Made by a program: the position numbers and the translations under genes | Source: Mobula hypostoma | Taxonomy: Eukaryota | Direction of reading: 5' to 3' | Assembly (NCBI RefSeq): GCF_963921235.1 | Contig: NC_086106.1 | Span: 22,010,001 to 22,074,000, forward strand | DNA: 64,000 nucleotides | The notes under the pieces: generated by a model | Databases searched by the model: none | What the model saw: the letters and a program-made list of their open reading frames with translations, nothing else | What the model was told of the DNA's origin: nothing | Shown: in pieces, positions 63,131-64,000 of the stretch | How positions within the stretch are numbered: position 1 is the stretch's first letter | Layout: every line of letters begins with the position of its first letter

Positions 63131-63760
63131 TTCATCAAAGACTAGCTTTAAAATAATAACTCATAAAAAATCATACCTTACTATAAATGCAAGTCTCATC
63201 CAGTTTTACAGTCGTAATTCCACAAGTTTTTTTTGATCAATCGGTTATGTTGAATAGGCCAGATAGTTTATATATATACATATATCCTGTCCAGTGACTT
63301 ACCAAACTTCGCTGAACAGCTTACTACAGCCCCACTTACTGATCAATTTATGATCGGCACTATAAGCGACTGGTAGATGCTGATTTAATTCCTACGGGAA
63401 TGGGACCATCCTTGCCATGGGACCGGTTGCTTTGGAAGCAGTTACTGTTCAGACATATTCTATTCCACAAAGCCGGAATGAGAATTTATATATTGCCTCC
63501 GTGAGCAATAGAAAACTTAAAGGCACAAGGAAACCTAACAAAAAAATGACATTCCATAATTAGTTAATTTATTATTAAATACTATGAATTATACGCAGAT
63601 ATAAGCACTCTTGACAGGACTAGAATCCTGTTCTTTTAAACACATTCACAGTCTTAAGAAATCTGTTCCTTTCAAGATAAGAGTTTGTGTATCATGCCGG
63701 TGTCTGAACTATTGTCAAATATAGATTGGAAACGGCAACAGCTGCTCCCCAGACACTGTC

Positions 63761-64000
63761 AGTTAATCCATTAAGATGTAGCCTGCTCCGATAACAGTAA
63801 AAGTGAACAAGCAAATATATTGCGGTGTAAGACAGGTGCAAACGTGAATGGTAATTCATACTCTCTTTCTGAGAACTGCACGACATCAGGATATTGGCCT
63901 TGCAGGAAATCGGCCTGAAGTTTATAGCGACCTGTTCTGACTCCTCGGATCGTAAATATCTGCTTTTCCTTTGGACTAGTGCAGTACCAGGGGAAAAGAA
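63761..64000 (-). pseudogene. TCR V pseudogene, paralogue of 51060-51361; its 5' part lies beyond the window
   Basis: Minus frame LFPWYCTSPKEKQIFTIRGVRTGRYKLQADFLQGQYPDVVQFSEREYEL aligns without gaps to YLFWYRQNLGEQIEFVARRNTRGDNDIQADFAKGRFADVVQESQMEYRL. It then frameshifts into SRLHLSYTAIY and the second Cys is lost. Decayed RSS: TACTGTT (63799-63793), 23-nt spacer (12/23 identical to the functional spacer), GGATTAACT (63769-63761). Confidence 0.88.

Noticed and set aside
1-64000. rRNA, tRNA, CRISPR arrays, TCR D/J segments, IgH V/D/J/CH exons
   Set aside because: None could be supported by eye. Heavily decayed copies could have been missed without profile searches.

Overview
Repeat-rich vertebrate genomic DNA, very probably from a cartilaginous fish. 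This is inferred from HE1/HER1-type CR1 tails '(ctatgttt)n' and shark/ray-type antigen-receptor sequences. Well over half of the window appears to be decayed transposable elements: many CR1 LINEs, L1-like and R4/Dong-like fragments, two Gypsy remnants, a young Penelope (Neptune-type) element nested in a Tc1 transposon, and microsatellites. Host features read directly from the sequence are: (1) an apparently functional T-cell receptor alpha/delta-type V gene on the minus strand (leader 51971-51926, V exon 51361-51060, near-perfect 23-bp RSS, CRE-like promoter motif); (2) a paralogous V pseudogene running off the right edge (64000-63800, decayed 23-RSS); (3) a possible third, heavily decayed minus-strand V near 22.4-23.1 kb; and (4) an intact immunoglobulin heavy-chain membrane exon pair (TM1 28872-28999, TM2 29139-29147, tail KVK*) on the PLUS strand. 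I could recognise no CH, JH, DH or VH exon in the 28.8 kb upstream of the TM exons. The main point of interest is therefore an IgH membrane anchor lying antisense beside or within a TCR V array. TE boundaries are approximate and no database searches were run.
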